The notes under the pieces were generated by a model. The model saw only the letters and a list, made by a program, of their open reading frames with translations. It did not search any database and had not been told where the DNA came from. The position numbers and the translations under genes are program-made. Shown in pieces: positions 23,701 through 38,700 of a DNA stretch of 64,000 nt (positions within the stretch are counted from its first letter, which is position 1; each line of letters opens with the position of its first letter). The stretch is from Macrostomum hystrix (lineage: Eukaryota; Animalia; Platyhelminthes), in assembly GCA_950097015.1 (NCBI GenBank), contig CATNEN010000031.1:186001-250000 (forward strand), written 5' to 3'.

Positions 23701-26700
23701 ATAGCCTATAGCCTTCCTCGGAAAATTTCCCATTTTCCCATATAAGTTTCAACGCTGAGTTGCCAGTATTCTAGGAGGAGATGTCGAACTGACACACACA
23801 CACACAGACACACACACACACAGACAAACAACACGTGAAAATTAGTATATTTACGAGCTAAACTCCTCCTCCGTAGGAGGTTGAGGGGAGAGAACTCCCA
23901 TCGCCTGATCTCCCATCGCGTCATCTCCTATCGCCTGATCTCCCATCGCCTGATCTCCTATCGCCTGATCTCCCATCGCCTGATCTCCCATCGCGTCATC
24001 TCCTATCGCCTGATCTCCCATCGCCTAATCTCCCATCGCCTCATCTCCCATCGCCTCATCTCCCATCGCCTCATCTCCCATCGCCTGATCTCCCATCGCC
24101 TCATCTCCCGTCGCCACATCTCCTATCGCCTGACCTCCCATCGCCTGATCTCCCATCGCCTCATCTCCCATCGCCTGATCTCCCATCGCCTGATCTCCCA
24201 TCGCGTCATCTCCTATCGCCTGATCTCCCATCGCCTAATCTCCCATCGCCTCATCTCCCATCGCCTCATCTCCCATCGCCTCATCTCCCATCGCCTAATC
24301 TCCCATCGCATCATCTCCCATCGTCTCATCTCCCATCGCCTCATCTCCTATCGCCTGATCTCCCATCGCCTCATCTCCCATCGCCTCATCTCCCATCGCC
24401 TCATCTCCCATCGCCTGATCTCCCATCGCCTGATCTCCCATCGCCTGATCTCCCATCGCGTCATCTCCTATCGCCTGATCTCCCATCGCCTGATCTCCTA
24501 TCGCCTGATCTCCCATCGCCTGATCTCCCATCGCGTCATCTCCTATCGCCTGATCTCCCATCGCCTAATCTCCCATCGCCTCATCTCCCATCGCCTCATC
24601 TCCCATCGCCTCATCTCCCATCGCCTAATCTCCCATCGCATCATCTCCCATCGTCTCATCTCCCATCGCCTCATCTCCTATCGCCTGATCTCCCATCGCC
24701 TCATCTCCCATCGCCTCATCTCCCATCGCCTAATCTCCCATCGCCTCATCTCCCATCGCCTGATCTCCCATCGCCTCATCTCCCATCGCCTCATCTCCCA
24801 TCGCCTCATCTCCCATCGCCTGATCTCCCATCGCCTCATCTCCCATCGCCTGATCTCCTATCGCCTCATCTCCCATCGCCTCATTTCTCATTGCCTCATC
24901 TCCCGTCGCCACATCTCCCATCGCCTGATCTCCCATCGCCTGATCTCCCATCGCCTCATCTCCCATCGCCTCATCTCCCATCGCCTCATCTCCCATCGCC
25001 TCATCTCCCATCGCTTCATCTCCCATCGCCTCATTTCCCATCGCCTCATCTTCCATCACCTGATCACCCATCACCTCATCTCCCATCGCCTAATCTCTCA
25101 TCGCATCATCTCCCATCGTCTCATCTCCCATCGCCTCATCTCCTATCGCCTGATCTCCCATCGCCTAATCTCCCATCGCCTCATCTCCCATCGCCTCATC
25201 TCCCATCGCCTGATCTCCCATCGCCTCATCTCCCGTCGCCACATCTCCTATCGCCTGATCTCCCATCGCCTCATTTCTCATTGCCTCATCTCCCGTCGCC
25301 ACATCTCCCATCGCCTGATCTCCCATCGCCTGATCTCCCATCGCCTCATCTCCCATCGCCTGATCTCCCATCGCCTGATCTCCCATCGCCTGATCTCCCA
25401 TCGGCTCATCTCCCGTTGCCTGATCTCCCATCGCCTGATCTCCCATCGCCTGATCTCCCATCGCCTCATCTCCGATCGCCTGATCTCCCATCGCCTGATC
25501 TCCCATTGCCTGATCTCCCATTGCCTGATCTCAAATCGCCTCAGTTCTTTTCAAATGTTAAAAAGCAAAATAATAATTCACAGTTGAAATTTCATTGCCT
25601 TTAGCGCAAAGGGCAGCCAGTTTTTTAGTAAGTACATTCTTCTCCGCCTACACTGAGAGGCCCGCAAATTTTATCAATTGAATTTTAACCCAGCCAACTC
25701 TGCCCTGCCCATTGTACGCACTTCAATATTGAACAAATCAGACCCCTCAATAGAAAAAACTCGCGGCACCCTCTCTCCGCCAATACACAGGGACAGTTAG
25801 AATGTGCGTACGGCCAACTCTCCGCCCCATTTTCAAACCGACTGCCAACCCTCCACTGGAGAGAAAATACACTAAACAGATAGGCACAAAATGTTGACGC
25901 AACTCATTTAATCGAGGCCAATTTCATCACAGCGGGAAGGACATTTGCCTACTATATACTACTTAATAGCCTTTCTGCTTTTTTGAGGATCATAGAATTT
26001 GAAATTTCAGAATTAAAATAGCCTATAGCCTTCCTCGGAAAATTTCCCATTTTCCCATATAAGTTTCAACGCTGAGTTGCCAGTATTCTAGGAGGAGATG
26101 TCGAACTGACACACACACACACACACAGACACACACACAGACAAACAACACGTGAAAATTAGTATATTTACGAGCTAAACTCCTCCTCCGGAGGAGGTTG
26201 AGGGGAGAGAACTCCCATCGCCTGATCTCCAATCGCCTGATCTTCCCCCGCCTGATCTCCCATCGCCTCATCTCCCATCGCCTCATCTCCCATCGCCTCA
26301 TCTCCCATCGCCTCATCTCCCATCGCCTCATCTCCCGTCGCCTGATCTCCCATCGCCTAATCTCCCATTGCCTCATCTCCCGTCGCCACATCTCCCATCG
26401 CCTGATTTCCCATCGCCTCATCTCCCATTGCCTCATCTCCCATCGCCTCATCTCCCATCGCCTGATTTCCCATCGCCTGATCTCCCATCGGCTGATCTCC
26501 CATCGCCTCATCTCCAATCGCCTGATCTCCAATCGCCTGATCTCCCATCGCCTAATCTCCCATCGCCTCATCTCCCATCGCCTAATCTCCCATCGCCTAA
26601 TCTCCCATCGCCTGATCTCCCATTGCCTGATCTCCCCTCGTCTCATCTCCCATCGCCTCATCTCCCATCGCCTCATCTCCCTTCACCTGATCACCCATCA

Positions 26701-29700
26701 CCTCATCTCCAGTCGCCACATCTCCCATCGCCTGATCTCCCATCGCCTGATCTCCCATCGCCTGATCTCCCATCCCCTCATCTCCCGTCGCCTGATCTCC
26801 CATCGCCTGATCTCCCATCGCCTGATCTCCCATCCCCTCATCTCCCGTCGCCTGATCTCCCATCGCCTCATCTTTCATCGCCTCATCTACCATCGCCTGA
26901 TCTCCCATCGCCTGATCTCCCATCCCCTCATCTCCCATCGCCTCATCTCCCATCGCCTGATCTCCTATCCCCTCATCTCCCGTCGCCTGATCTCCCATCG
27001 CGTCATCTTTCATCGCCTCATCTCTCATCGCCTCATCTCCCATCGCCTCATCTCCCATCGCCTCATCTCTCATCGCCTAAACTCCCATTGCCTCATCTCC
27101 CGTCGCCACATCTCCCATCGCCTCATCTAACCAAAAACTCCTCACCCAATGATGTCTGGAAGTAGCAATGTGCGTAAACCGCCTTTTGTCCGACTAAACT
27201 GTTGAAAACAATTCAAAATTGACCAATTTTTCTTTAGCTACCATGCCCAGAATCTTCAGAATTAAAATAGACGACAACTTTCGGATAAGATTGAGGGGCT
27301 AGAAATCATATCGCGCGAACTCCATCAACTTTAAATTAAACCCCACCCGTTAAAACAGATTAAGTCCGAGCCATTAATATTGACGACAGCCAGTTCTCCG
27401 GGCCCCGCTCAGTCAGAGGTGCGAATTTCAATAAATAAAATTCAACAGCCCGCCTTCGAGAATAGGAATGTGTGAAACTGTATTGTGGCGAATTCTCTCT
27501 CCTTAGCAATCTCGCCGAGACACTGTACACTCAGCTGAAAGCATTGCAAAAGTATAAAAACTTTATTTGCGCTTGGCATCCCCAATTTTCGGAATTCAGC
27601 AATGAAATTTATATCTCTGGATTTAGAACTTCAAGTTCTCTCCAGCAGTACAAATTTTATCCACAAATCTTAAAAAAGCAAAATAATAATTCTCAGTTGA
27701 AATTTCTGCAAAAGGCAGCCAGTTTAGTAAGCACATTCTTCTCCGCCTACACTGAGAGGCCCGCAAATTTTATCAATTGAATTTTAACCCAGCCAACTCT
27801 GCCCTGCCCATTGTACGCACTTCAATATTGAACAAATCAGACCCCTCAATAGAACTGACTAACGGCACCCTCTCTCCGCCAATACACAGAGGCAGTTAGA
27901 ATGTGCGTACGGCCACCTCTCCGCCCCATTTTTTTTCAAACCGACTGCCAACCCTCCACTGGAGAGAAAATACACTAAACAGATAGGCACAAAATGTTGA
28001 CGCAACTCATTTAACCGAGGCCAATTTCATCACAGCGGGAAGGACATTTGCCTACTATATACTACTTAATAGCCTTTCTGCTTTTTTGAGGATCATAGAA
28101 TTTGAAATTTCAGAATTAAAATAGCCTATAGCCTTCCTCGGAAAATTTCCCATTTTCCCATATAAGTTTCAACGCTGAGTTGCCAGTATTCTAGGAGGAG
28201 ATGTCGAACTGACACACACACACACACACAGACACACACACAGACAAACAACACGTGAAAATTAGTATATTTAGAGACGAGCTAAACTCCTCCTCCGGAG
28301 GAGGTTGAGGGGTGAGAACTCCCATCGCCACATCTCCCATCGCCATCGCCTGATTTCCCATCGCCTCATCTCCCATCGCCTCATCTCCCATTGTCTCATC
28401 TCCCATCGCCTCATCTCCCATCGCCTCATCTCCCATCGCCTCATCTCCCATCGCCTCATCTCCCATCGCCTCATCTCCCATCGCCTCATCTCCCATCGCC
28501 TGATCTCCCATCGCCTCATCTCCCATCGCCTGATCTCCCATCGCCTCATCTCCAATCTCCCATAGCCTCATCTCGCATCGCCTCATCTCCCATCGCCTCA
28601 TCTCCCATCGCCTCATCTCCCATCGCCTCATCTTCCATCGCCTCATCTCCCATCGCCTCATCTCCCATCGCCTCATCTCCCATCGCCTCATCTTCCATCG
28701 CCTCATCTTCCATCGCCTCATCTTCCATCGCCTCATCTTCCATCGCCTCATCTCCCATCGCCTCATCTCCCATCGCCTCATCTTCCATCGCCTCATTTTC
28801 CATCGCCTCATCTTCCATCGCCTCATCTTCCATCGCCTCATCTTCCATCGCCTCATCTTCCATCGCCTCATCTCCCATCGCCTCATCTCCCATCCCCTCA
28901 TCTCCCATCGTCTCATCTTCCATCGCCTCATCTTCCATCGCCTCATCTTCCATCGCCTCATCTTCCATCGCCTCATCTTCCATCGCCTCATCTCCCATCC
29001 CCTCATCTCCCATCGCCTCATCTTCCATCGCCTCATCTCCCATCGCCTCATCTCCCATCGCCTCATCTTCCATCGCCTCATCTCCCATCCCCTCATCTCC
29101 CATCGCCTCATCTTCCATCGCCTCATCTCCCATCCCCTGATCTCTGATCACCTCAGTTCTTTCTAGCAGTACAAATTTTATCCACAAATGTTAAAAAGCA
29201 AAAGGACAATTCACAGTTGAAATTTCATTGCCTTTAGCGCATAGGGCAGCCAGTTTAGTAAGCACATTCTTCTCCGCCTACAGTGAGAGGCCCGCCAAGT
29301 TTATTAATAGAATTTTAACCCCACCAACTCCGCCACAGCCCATTGTACGCACTTCAATATTGAACAAATCAGACCCCTCAATAGAAATAACTCGCGGCAC
29401 CCTCTCTTCGCCAATACACAGAGGCAGTTAGAATGTGCGTACGGCCATGCACCTCTCCGCCCCATTTTTTTTCAAACCGACTGCCAACCGTCCACTGGAG
29501 AGAAAATACACTAAACAGATAGGCACAAAATGTTGACGCAACTCATTTAATCGAGGCCAATTTCATCACAGCGGGAAGGACATTTGCCTACTATATACTA
29601 CTTAATAGCCTTTCTGCTTTTTTGAGGATCATAGAATTTGAAATTTCAGAATTAAAATAGCCTATAGCCTTCCTCGGAAAATTTCCCATTTTCCCATGTA

Positions 29701-32700
29701 AGTTTCAACGCTGAGTTGCCAGTATTCTAGGAGGAGATGTCGAACTGACACACACACAGACACACACACAGACAGACAGACAAACAACACGTGAAAATTA
29801 GTATATTTACGAGCTAAACTCCTCCTCCGGAGGAGGTTGAGGGGAGAGAACTCCCATCGCCACATCTCCCATCGCCACATCTCCCATCGCCATCGCCTGA
29901 TTTCCCATCGCCTCATCTCCCATCGCCTCATCTCCCATTGCCTCATCTCCCATCGCCTCATCTCCCATCGCCTCATCTCCCATCGCCTCATCTCCCATCG
30001 CCTAATCTCCCATCGCCTCATCTCCCATCGCCTCATCTCCCATCGCCTCATCTCCCATCGCCTAATCTCCCATCGCCTCATCTCCCATTGCCTCATCTCC
30101 CATCGCCTCATCTCCCATCGCCTCATCTCCCATCGCCTCATCTCCCATCGCCTAATCTCCCATCGCCTCATCTCCCATCGTCTCATCTCCCATCGCCTCA
30201 TCTCCCATCGCCTAATCTCCCATCGCCTCATCTCCCATCGCCTAATCTCCCATCGCCTAATCTCACATCGCCACATCTCCCATCGCCACATCTCCCATCG
30301 CCATCGCCTGATTTCCCATCGCCTCATCTCCCATCGCCTCATCTCCCATCGCCTAATCTCCCATCGCCTCATCTCCCATCGCCTCATCTCCCATCGCCTA
30401 ATCTCCCATCGCCTCATCTCCCATCGCCTCATCTCCCATCGCCTCATCTCCCATCGCCTCATCTCCCATCGCCTCATCTCCCATCGCCTCATCTCCCATC
30501 GCCTCATCTCCCATCGCCTCATCTCCCATCGCCTAATCTCCCATCGCCTCATCTCCCATCGCCTAATCTCCCATCGCCTAATCTCACATCGCCACATCTC
30601 CCATCGCCACATCTCCCATCGCCATCGCCTGATTTCCCATCGCCTCATCTCCCATCGCCTCATCTCCCATCGCCTAATCTCCCATCGCCTCATCTCCCAT
30701 CGCCTCATCTCCCATCGCCTAATCTCCCATCGCCTCATCTCCCATCGCCTCATCTCCCATCGCCTAATCTCCCATCGCCTCATCTCCCATCGCCTCATCT
30801 CCCATCGCCTCATCTCCCATCGCCTCATCTCCCATCGCCTCATCTCCCATCGCCTAATCTCCCATCGCCTCATCTCCCATCGCCTCATCTCCCATCGCCT
30901 AATCTCCCATCGCCTAATCTCCCATCGGCTCATCTCCCATCGCCTCGTCTCCCATCGCCTCATCTCCCATCGCCTCATCTCCCATCGCCACATCTCCCAT
31001 CGCCATCGCCTGATTTCCCATCGCCTCATCTCCCATCGCCTGATCTCCCATCGCCTAATCTCCCGTCGCCACATCTCCCATTGCCTGATCTCCCATCGCC
31101 TAATCTCCCATCGGCTGATCTCCCATCGGCTGATCTCCCATCGCCTCATCTCCAATCGCCTGATCTCCCATCGCCTAATCTCCCATCGCCTCATCTCCCA
31201 TCGCCTAATCTCCCATCGCCTGATCTCCCATTGCCTGATCTCCCATCGCCTGATCTCCCATCGCGGCTCCGATCGCCTGATCTCAAATCGACTCGGTTCT
31301 TTTCAAATGATAAGAGCAAAAGCACAATTCACAGTTGAAATTTCATTGCCTTTAGCGCAAAGGGCAGCCAGTTTTTTAGTAAGTACATTCTTCTCCGCCT
31401 ACACTGAGAGGCCCGCAAATTAAAAAATTATATTTTAACCCAGCCAACTCTGCCCTGCCCATTGTACGCACTTCAATATTGAACAAATCAGACCCCTCAA
31501 TAGAAATAACTCGCGGCACCCTCTCTCCGCCAATACACAGGGACAGTTAGAATGTGCGTACGGCCTCCTCTCCGCCCCATTTTTTTCAAACCGACTGCCA
31601 ACCCTCCACTGGAGAGAAAATACACTAAACAGATAGGCACAAAATGTTGACGCAACTCATTTAACCGAGGCCAATTTCATCACAGCGGGAAGGACATTTG
31701 CCTACTATATACTACTTAATAGCCTTTCTGCTTTTTTGAGGATCATAGAATTTGAAATTTCAGAATTAAAATAGCCTATAGCCTTCCTCGGAAAATTTCC
31801 CATTTTCCCATATAAGTTTCAACGCTGAGTTGCCAGTATTCTAGGAGGAGATGTCGAACTGACACACACACACACAGACACACACACAGACAAACAACAC
31901 GTGAAAATTATATTTACGAGCTAAACTCCTCCTCCGGAGGAGGTTGAGGGGAGAGAACTCCCATCGCCTCATCTCCCATCGCCTCATCTCCCATCGCCTA
32001 ATCTCCCATCGCATCATCTCCCATCGTCTCATCTCCCATCGCCTCATCTCCTATCGCCTGATCTCCCATCGCCTCATCTCCCATCGCCTCATCTCCCATC
32101 GCCTCATCTCCCATCGCCTGATCTCCCATCGCCTCATCTCCCGTCGCCACATCTCCTATCGCCTCATCTCCCATCGCCTCATTTCTCATTGCCTCATCTC
32201 CCGTCGCCACATCTCCCATCGCCTGATCTCCCATCGCCTGATCTCCCATCGCCTCATCTCCCATCGCCTGATCTCCCATCGCCTGATCTCCCATCGCCTG
32301 ATCTCCAATCGGCTCATCTCCCATCGCCTGATCTCCCATCGCCTGATCTCCCATCGCCTCATCTCCCATCGCCTGATCCCATCGCCTCATTTCTCATTGC
32401 CTCATCTCCCGTCGCCACATCTCCGATCGCCTGATCTCCCATCGCCTGATCTCCCATCGCCTCATCTCCCATCGCCTGATCTCCCATCGCCTGATCTCCC
32501 ATCGCCTGATCTCCCATCGCCTGATCTCCCATCGGCTCATCTCCCGTTGCCTGATCTCCCATCGCCTGATCTCCCATCGCCTGATCTCCCATCGCCTGAT
32601 CTCCGATCGCCTGATCTCCCATCGCCTGATCTCCCATTGCCTGATCTCCCATTGCCTGATCTCAAATCGCCTCAGTTCTTTTCAAATGTTAAAAAGCAAA

Positions 32701-35700
32701 ATAATAATTCACAGTTGAAATTTCATTGCCTTTAGCGCAAAGGGCAGCCAGTTTTTTAGTAAGTACATTCTTCTCCGCCTACACTGAGAGGCCCGCAAAT
32801 TTTATCAATTGAATTTTAACCCAGCCAACTCTGCCCTGCCCATTGTACGCACTTCAATATTGAACAAATCAGACCCCTCAATAGAAATAACTCGCGGCAC
32901 CCTCTCTCCGCCAATACACAGGGACAGTTAGAATGTGCGTACGGCCAACTCTCCGCCCCATTTTCAAACCGACTGCCAACCCTCCACTGGAGAGAAAATA
33001 CACTAAACAGATAGGCACAAAATGTTGACGCAACTCATTTAATCGAGGCCAATTTCATCACAGCGGGAAGGACATTTGCCTACTATATACTACTTAATAG
33101 CCTTTCTGCTTTTTTGAGGATCATAGAATTTGAAATTTCAGAATTAAAATAGCCTATAGCCTTCCTCGGAAAATTTCCCATTTTCCCATATAAGTTTCAA
33201 CGCTGAGTTGCCAGTATTCTAGGAGGAGATGTCGAACTGACACACACACAGACACACAGACAAACAACACGTGAAAATTAGTATATTTAGACGAGCTAAA
33301 CTCCTCCTCCGGAGGAGGTTGAGGGGAGAGAACTCCCATCGCCTGATCTCCAATCGCCTGATCTTCCCCCGCCTGATCTCCCACCGTCTCATCTCCCATC
33401 GCCTCATCTCCCATCGCCTCATCTTCCATCGCCTCATCTTCCATCGCCTCATCTCCCATCGCCTGATCTCCCATCCCCTCATCTCCCATCGCCTCATCTC
33501 CCATCGCCTCATCTCCCATCGCCTGATCTCCCATCGCCTCATCTCCCATCGCCTCATCTCCCATCCCCTCATCTCCCATCGCCTCATCTTCCATCGCCTC
33601 ATCTTCCATCGCCTCATCTTCCATCGCCTCCTCTCCCATCGCCTGATCTCCCATCCCCTCATCTCCCATCGCCTCATCTCCCATCGCCTCATCTTCCATC
33701 GCCTCATCTTCCATCGCCTCATCTTCCATCCCCTCATCTCCCATCCCCTCATCTCCCATCGCCTCATCTCCCATCGCCTCATCTTCCATCGCCTCATCTC
33801 CCATCGCCTGATCTCCCATCGCCTCATCTCCCATCGCCTCATCTCCCATCGCCTCATCTCCCATCCCCTCATCTCCCATCGCCTCATCTTCCATCGCCTC
33901 ATCTTCCATCGCCTCATCTTCCATCGCCTCCTCTCCCATCGCCTGATCTCCCATCCCCTCATCTCCCATCGCCTCATCTTCCATCGCCTCATCTCCCATC
34001 GCCTCATCTCCCATCCCCTCATCTCCCATCGCCTGATCTCCCATCGCCTCATCTCCCATCGCCTCATCTCCCATCGCCTCATCTCCCATCGCCTGATCTC
34101 CCATCGCCTCATCTCCCATCGCCTGATCTCCTATCGCCTCATCTCCCATCGCCTCATTTCTCATTGCCTCATCTCCCGTCGCCACATCTCCCATCGCCTG
34201 ATCTCCCATCGCCTGATCTCCCATCGCCTCATCTCCCATCGCCTCATCTCCCATCGCTTCATCTCCCATCGCCTCATCTCCCATCGCCTCATCTTCCATC
34301 ACCTGATCACCCATCACCTCATCTCCCATCGCCTAATCTCTCATCGCATCATCTCCCATCGCCTAATCTCCCATCGCCTCATCTCCCATCGCCTCATCTC
34401 CCATCGCCTGATCTCCCATCGCCTCATCTCCCGTCGCCACATCTCCTATCGCCTGATCTCCCATCGCCTCATTTCTCATTGCCTCATCTCCCGTCGCCAC
34501 ATCTCCCATCGCCTGATCTCCCATCGCCTGATCTCCCATCGCCTCATCTCCCATCGCCTGATCTCCCATCGCCTGATCTCCCATCGCCTGATCTCCCATC
34601 GGCTCATCTCCCGTTGCCTGATCTCCCATCGCCTGATCTCCCATCGCCTGATCTCCCATCGCCTCATCTCCGATCGCCTGATCTCCCATCGCCTGATCTC
34701 CCATTGCCTGATCTCCCATTGCCTGATCTCAAATCGCCTCAGTTCTTTTCAAATGTTAAAAAGCAAAATAATAATTCACAGTTGAAATTTCATTGCCTTT
34801 AGCGCAAAGGGCAGCCAGTTTTTTAGTAAGTACATTCTTCTCCGCCTACACTGAGAGGCCCGCAAATTTTATCAATTGAATTTTAACCCAGCCAACTCTG
34901 CCCTGCCCATTGTACGCACTTCAATATTGAACAAATCAGACCCCTCAATAGAAATAACTCGCGGCACCCTCTCTCCGCCAATACACAGGGACAGTTAGAA
35001 TGTGCGTACGGCCAACTCTCCGCCCCATTTTCAAACCGACTGCCAACCCTCCACTGGAGAGAAAATACACTAAACAGATAGGCACAAAATGTTGACGCAA
35101 CTCATTTAATCGAGGCCAATTTCATCACAGCGGGAAGGACATTTGCCTACTATATACTACTTAATAGCCTTTCTGCTTTTTAGAGGATCATAGAATTTGA
35201 AATTTCAGAATTAAAATAGCCTATAGCCTTCCTCGGAAAATTTCCCATTTTCCCATATAAGTTTCAACGCTGAGTTGCCAGTATTCTAGGAGGAGATGTC
35301 GAACTGACACACACACAGACACACACACAGACAGACAGACAAACAACACGTGAAAATTAGTATATTTAGAGAGAGACGAGCTAAACTCCTCCTCCGGAGG
35401 AGGTTGAGGGGAGAGAACTCCCATCGCCTGATCTCCCATCGCGTCATCTCCTATCGCCTGATCTCCCATCGCCTGATCTCCCATCGCGTCATCTCCTATC
35501 GCCTGATCTCCCATCGCCTAATCTCCCATCGCCTCATCTCCCATCGCCTCATCTCCCATCGCCTCATCTCCCATCGCCTCATCTCCCATCGCCTGATCTC
35601 CCATCGGCTCATCTCCCGTCGCCTGATCTCCCATCGCCTCATCTCCCGTCGCCTGATCTCCCATCCCCTCATCTCCCATCGCCTGATCTCCCATCGCCTC

Positions 35701-38700
35701 ATCTCCCATCGCCTGATCTCCCATTGCCTGATCTCAAATCGCCTCAGTTCTTTTCAAATGTTAAAAAGCAAAAGCACAATTCACAGTTGAAATTTCATTG
35801 CCTTTAGCGCATAGGGCAGCCAGTTTAGCAAGCACATTCTTCTCCGCCTACAGTGAGAGGCCTGCCAAGTTTATTAATAGAATTTTAACCCCACCAACTC
35901 CGCCCCAGCCCATTGTAGGCACTTCAATATTGAACAAATCAGACCCCTCAATAGAAATAACTCGCGGCACCCTCTATCTGCCAATACACAGGGACAGTTA
36001 GAATGTGCGTACGGCCACCTCTCCGCCCCATTTTCAAACCGACTGCCAACCCTCCACTGGAGAGAAAATACACTAAACAGATAGGCCGAAATGATAGCGC
36101 AACCACTTTTACCGACTCCAGTTTTCTCAGCTCAAAAGAAAAAAGTGTCCAGAGAAGGTTACGAAATCATTTTTCTGCTTTTTTGAGGATCTTAGAATTT
36201 GAAATTTCAGAATTAAAATAGCCTATAGCCTGACCAGGAAAATTTCCCATTTTCCCATATAAGTTTCAAAGTTGACTTGTCAGTATTCTAGGAGGAGATA
36301 ACCAACAGACAGACAGACAGACAGACAAACAACACGTGAATTTTAGTATATTTACGAGCTAAACTCCTCCTCCGGAGGAGGTTGAGGGGAGAGAACTCCC
36401 ATCGCCTGATCTCCCATCGCGTCATCTCCTATCGCCTGATCTCCCATCGCCTGATCTCCCATCGCGTCATCTCCTATCGCCTGATCTCCCATCGCCTAAT
36501 CTCCCATCGCCTCATCTCCCATCGCCTCATCTCCCATCGCCTCATCTCCCATCGCCTCATCTCCCATTGCCTAATCTCCCATCGCCTGATCTCCCATCGC
36601 CTCATCTCCCATCGCCTCATCTCCCATCGCCTCATCTCCCATCGCCTGATCTCCCATCGCCTCATCTCCCATCGCCTGATCTCCCATCGGCTGATCTCCC
36701 ATCGGCTGATCTCCCATCGGCTGATCTCCCATCGCCTCATCTCCAATCGCCTCATCTCCCATCGCCTGATCTCCCATCCCCTCATCTCCCATCGCCTCAT
36801 CTCCCATCGCCTCATCTTCCATCGCCTCATCTCCCATCGCCTGATCTCCCATCCCCTCATCTCCCATCGCCTCATCTCCCATCGCCACATCTCCCATCGC
36901 CTGATCTCCCATCGCCTGATCTCCCATCGCCTCATCTCCCATCGCCTCATCTCCCATCGCCTCATCTTCCATCCCCTCATCTCCCATCGCCTAATCTCCC
37001 ATCGCCTAATCTCCCATCGGCTGATCTCCCATTGCCTGATCTCCCATCGCCTCATCTCCCATCGCCTAATCTCCCATCGGCTGATCTCCCATCGGCTGAT
37101 CTCCCATCGGCTGATCTCCAATCGCCTCATCTCCCATCGCCTCATCTCCCATCGCCTGATCTCCCATCCCCTCATCTCCCATCGCCTCATCTCCCATCGC
37201 CACATCTCCCATCGCCTGATCTCCCATCGCCTGATCTCCCATCGCCTCATCTCCCATCGCCTCATCTCCCATTGCCTAATCTCCCATCGCCTGATCTCCC
37301 ATCGCCTCATCTCCCATCGCCTCATCTCCCATCGCCTCATCTCCCATCGCCTCATCTCCCATCGCCTCATCTCCCATCGCCTCATCTCCCATCGGCTGAT
37401 CTCCCATCGCCTCATCTCCCATCGCCTGATCTCCCATCGCCTCATCTCCCATCGCCTAATCTCCCATCGGCTGATCTCCCATCGGCTGATCTCCCATCGG
37501 CTGATCTCCCATCGGCTGATCTCCCATCGCCTCATCTCCCATCGCCTCATCTCCCATCGGCTGATCTCCCATCGGCTGATCTCCCATCGCCTGATCTCCC
37601 ATCGCCTAATCTCCCATCGCCTCATCTCCCATCGCGGCTCCGATCGCCTGATCTCAAATCGACTCAGTTCTTTTCAAATGTTAAAAAGCAAAAGCACAAT
37701 TCACAGTTGAAATTTCATTGCCTTTAGCGCAAAGGGCAGCCAGTTTTTTTAGTAAGTACATTCATCTCCGCCTACACTGAGAGGCCCGCAAATTAAAAAA
37801 TTATATTTTAACCCAGCCAACTCTGCCCTGCTCATTGAACAATATATTGAACAAATCAGACCCCTCAATAGAAATAACTCGCGGCACCCTCTCTCCGCCA
37901 ATACACAGGGACAGTTAGAATGTGCGTACGGCCACCTCTCCGCCCCATTTTCAAACCGACTGCCAACCCTCCACTGGAGAGAAAATACACTAAACAGATT
38001 GGCCGAAATGATAGCGCAACCACTTTAACCGACTCCAGTTTTCTCAGCTCAAAAGAAAAAAGTGTCCAGAGAAGGTTACGAAATCATTTTTCTGCTTTTT
38101 TGAGGATCTTAGAATTTGAAATTTCAGAATTAAAATAGCCTATAGCCTGACCAGGAAAATTTCCCATTTTCCCATATAAGTTTCAAAGTTGACTTGTCAG
38201 TATTCTAGGAGGAGATAACCAACAGACAGACAGACAGACAAACAACACGTGAATTTTAGTATATTTACGAGCTAAACTCCTCCTCCGGAGGAGGTTGAGA
38301 GGAGAGAACTCCCATCGCCTGATCTCCCATCGCGTCATCTCCTATCGCCTGATCTCCCATCGCCTCATCTCCCGTCGCCTGATCTCCCATCGCCTCATCT
38401 CCCATCACCTGATCACCCATCACCTCATCTCCCATCGCCTAATCTCCCATCGCATCATCTCCCATCGTCTCATCTCCCATCGCCTCATCTCCTATCGCCT
38501 GATCTCCCATCGCCTAATCTCCCATCGCCTCATCTCCCATCGCCTCATCTCCCATCGCCTGATCTCCCATCGCCTCATCTCCCGTCGCCACATCTCCTAT
38601 CGCCTGATCTCCCATCGCCTCATTTCTCATTGCCTCATCTCCCGTCGCCACATCTCCCATCGCCTGATCTCCCATCGCCTGATCTCCCATCGCCTCATCT

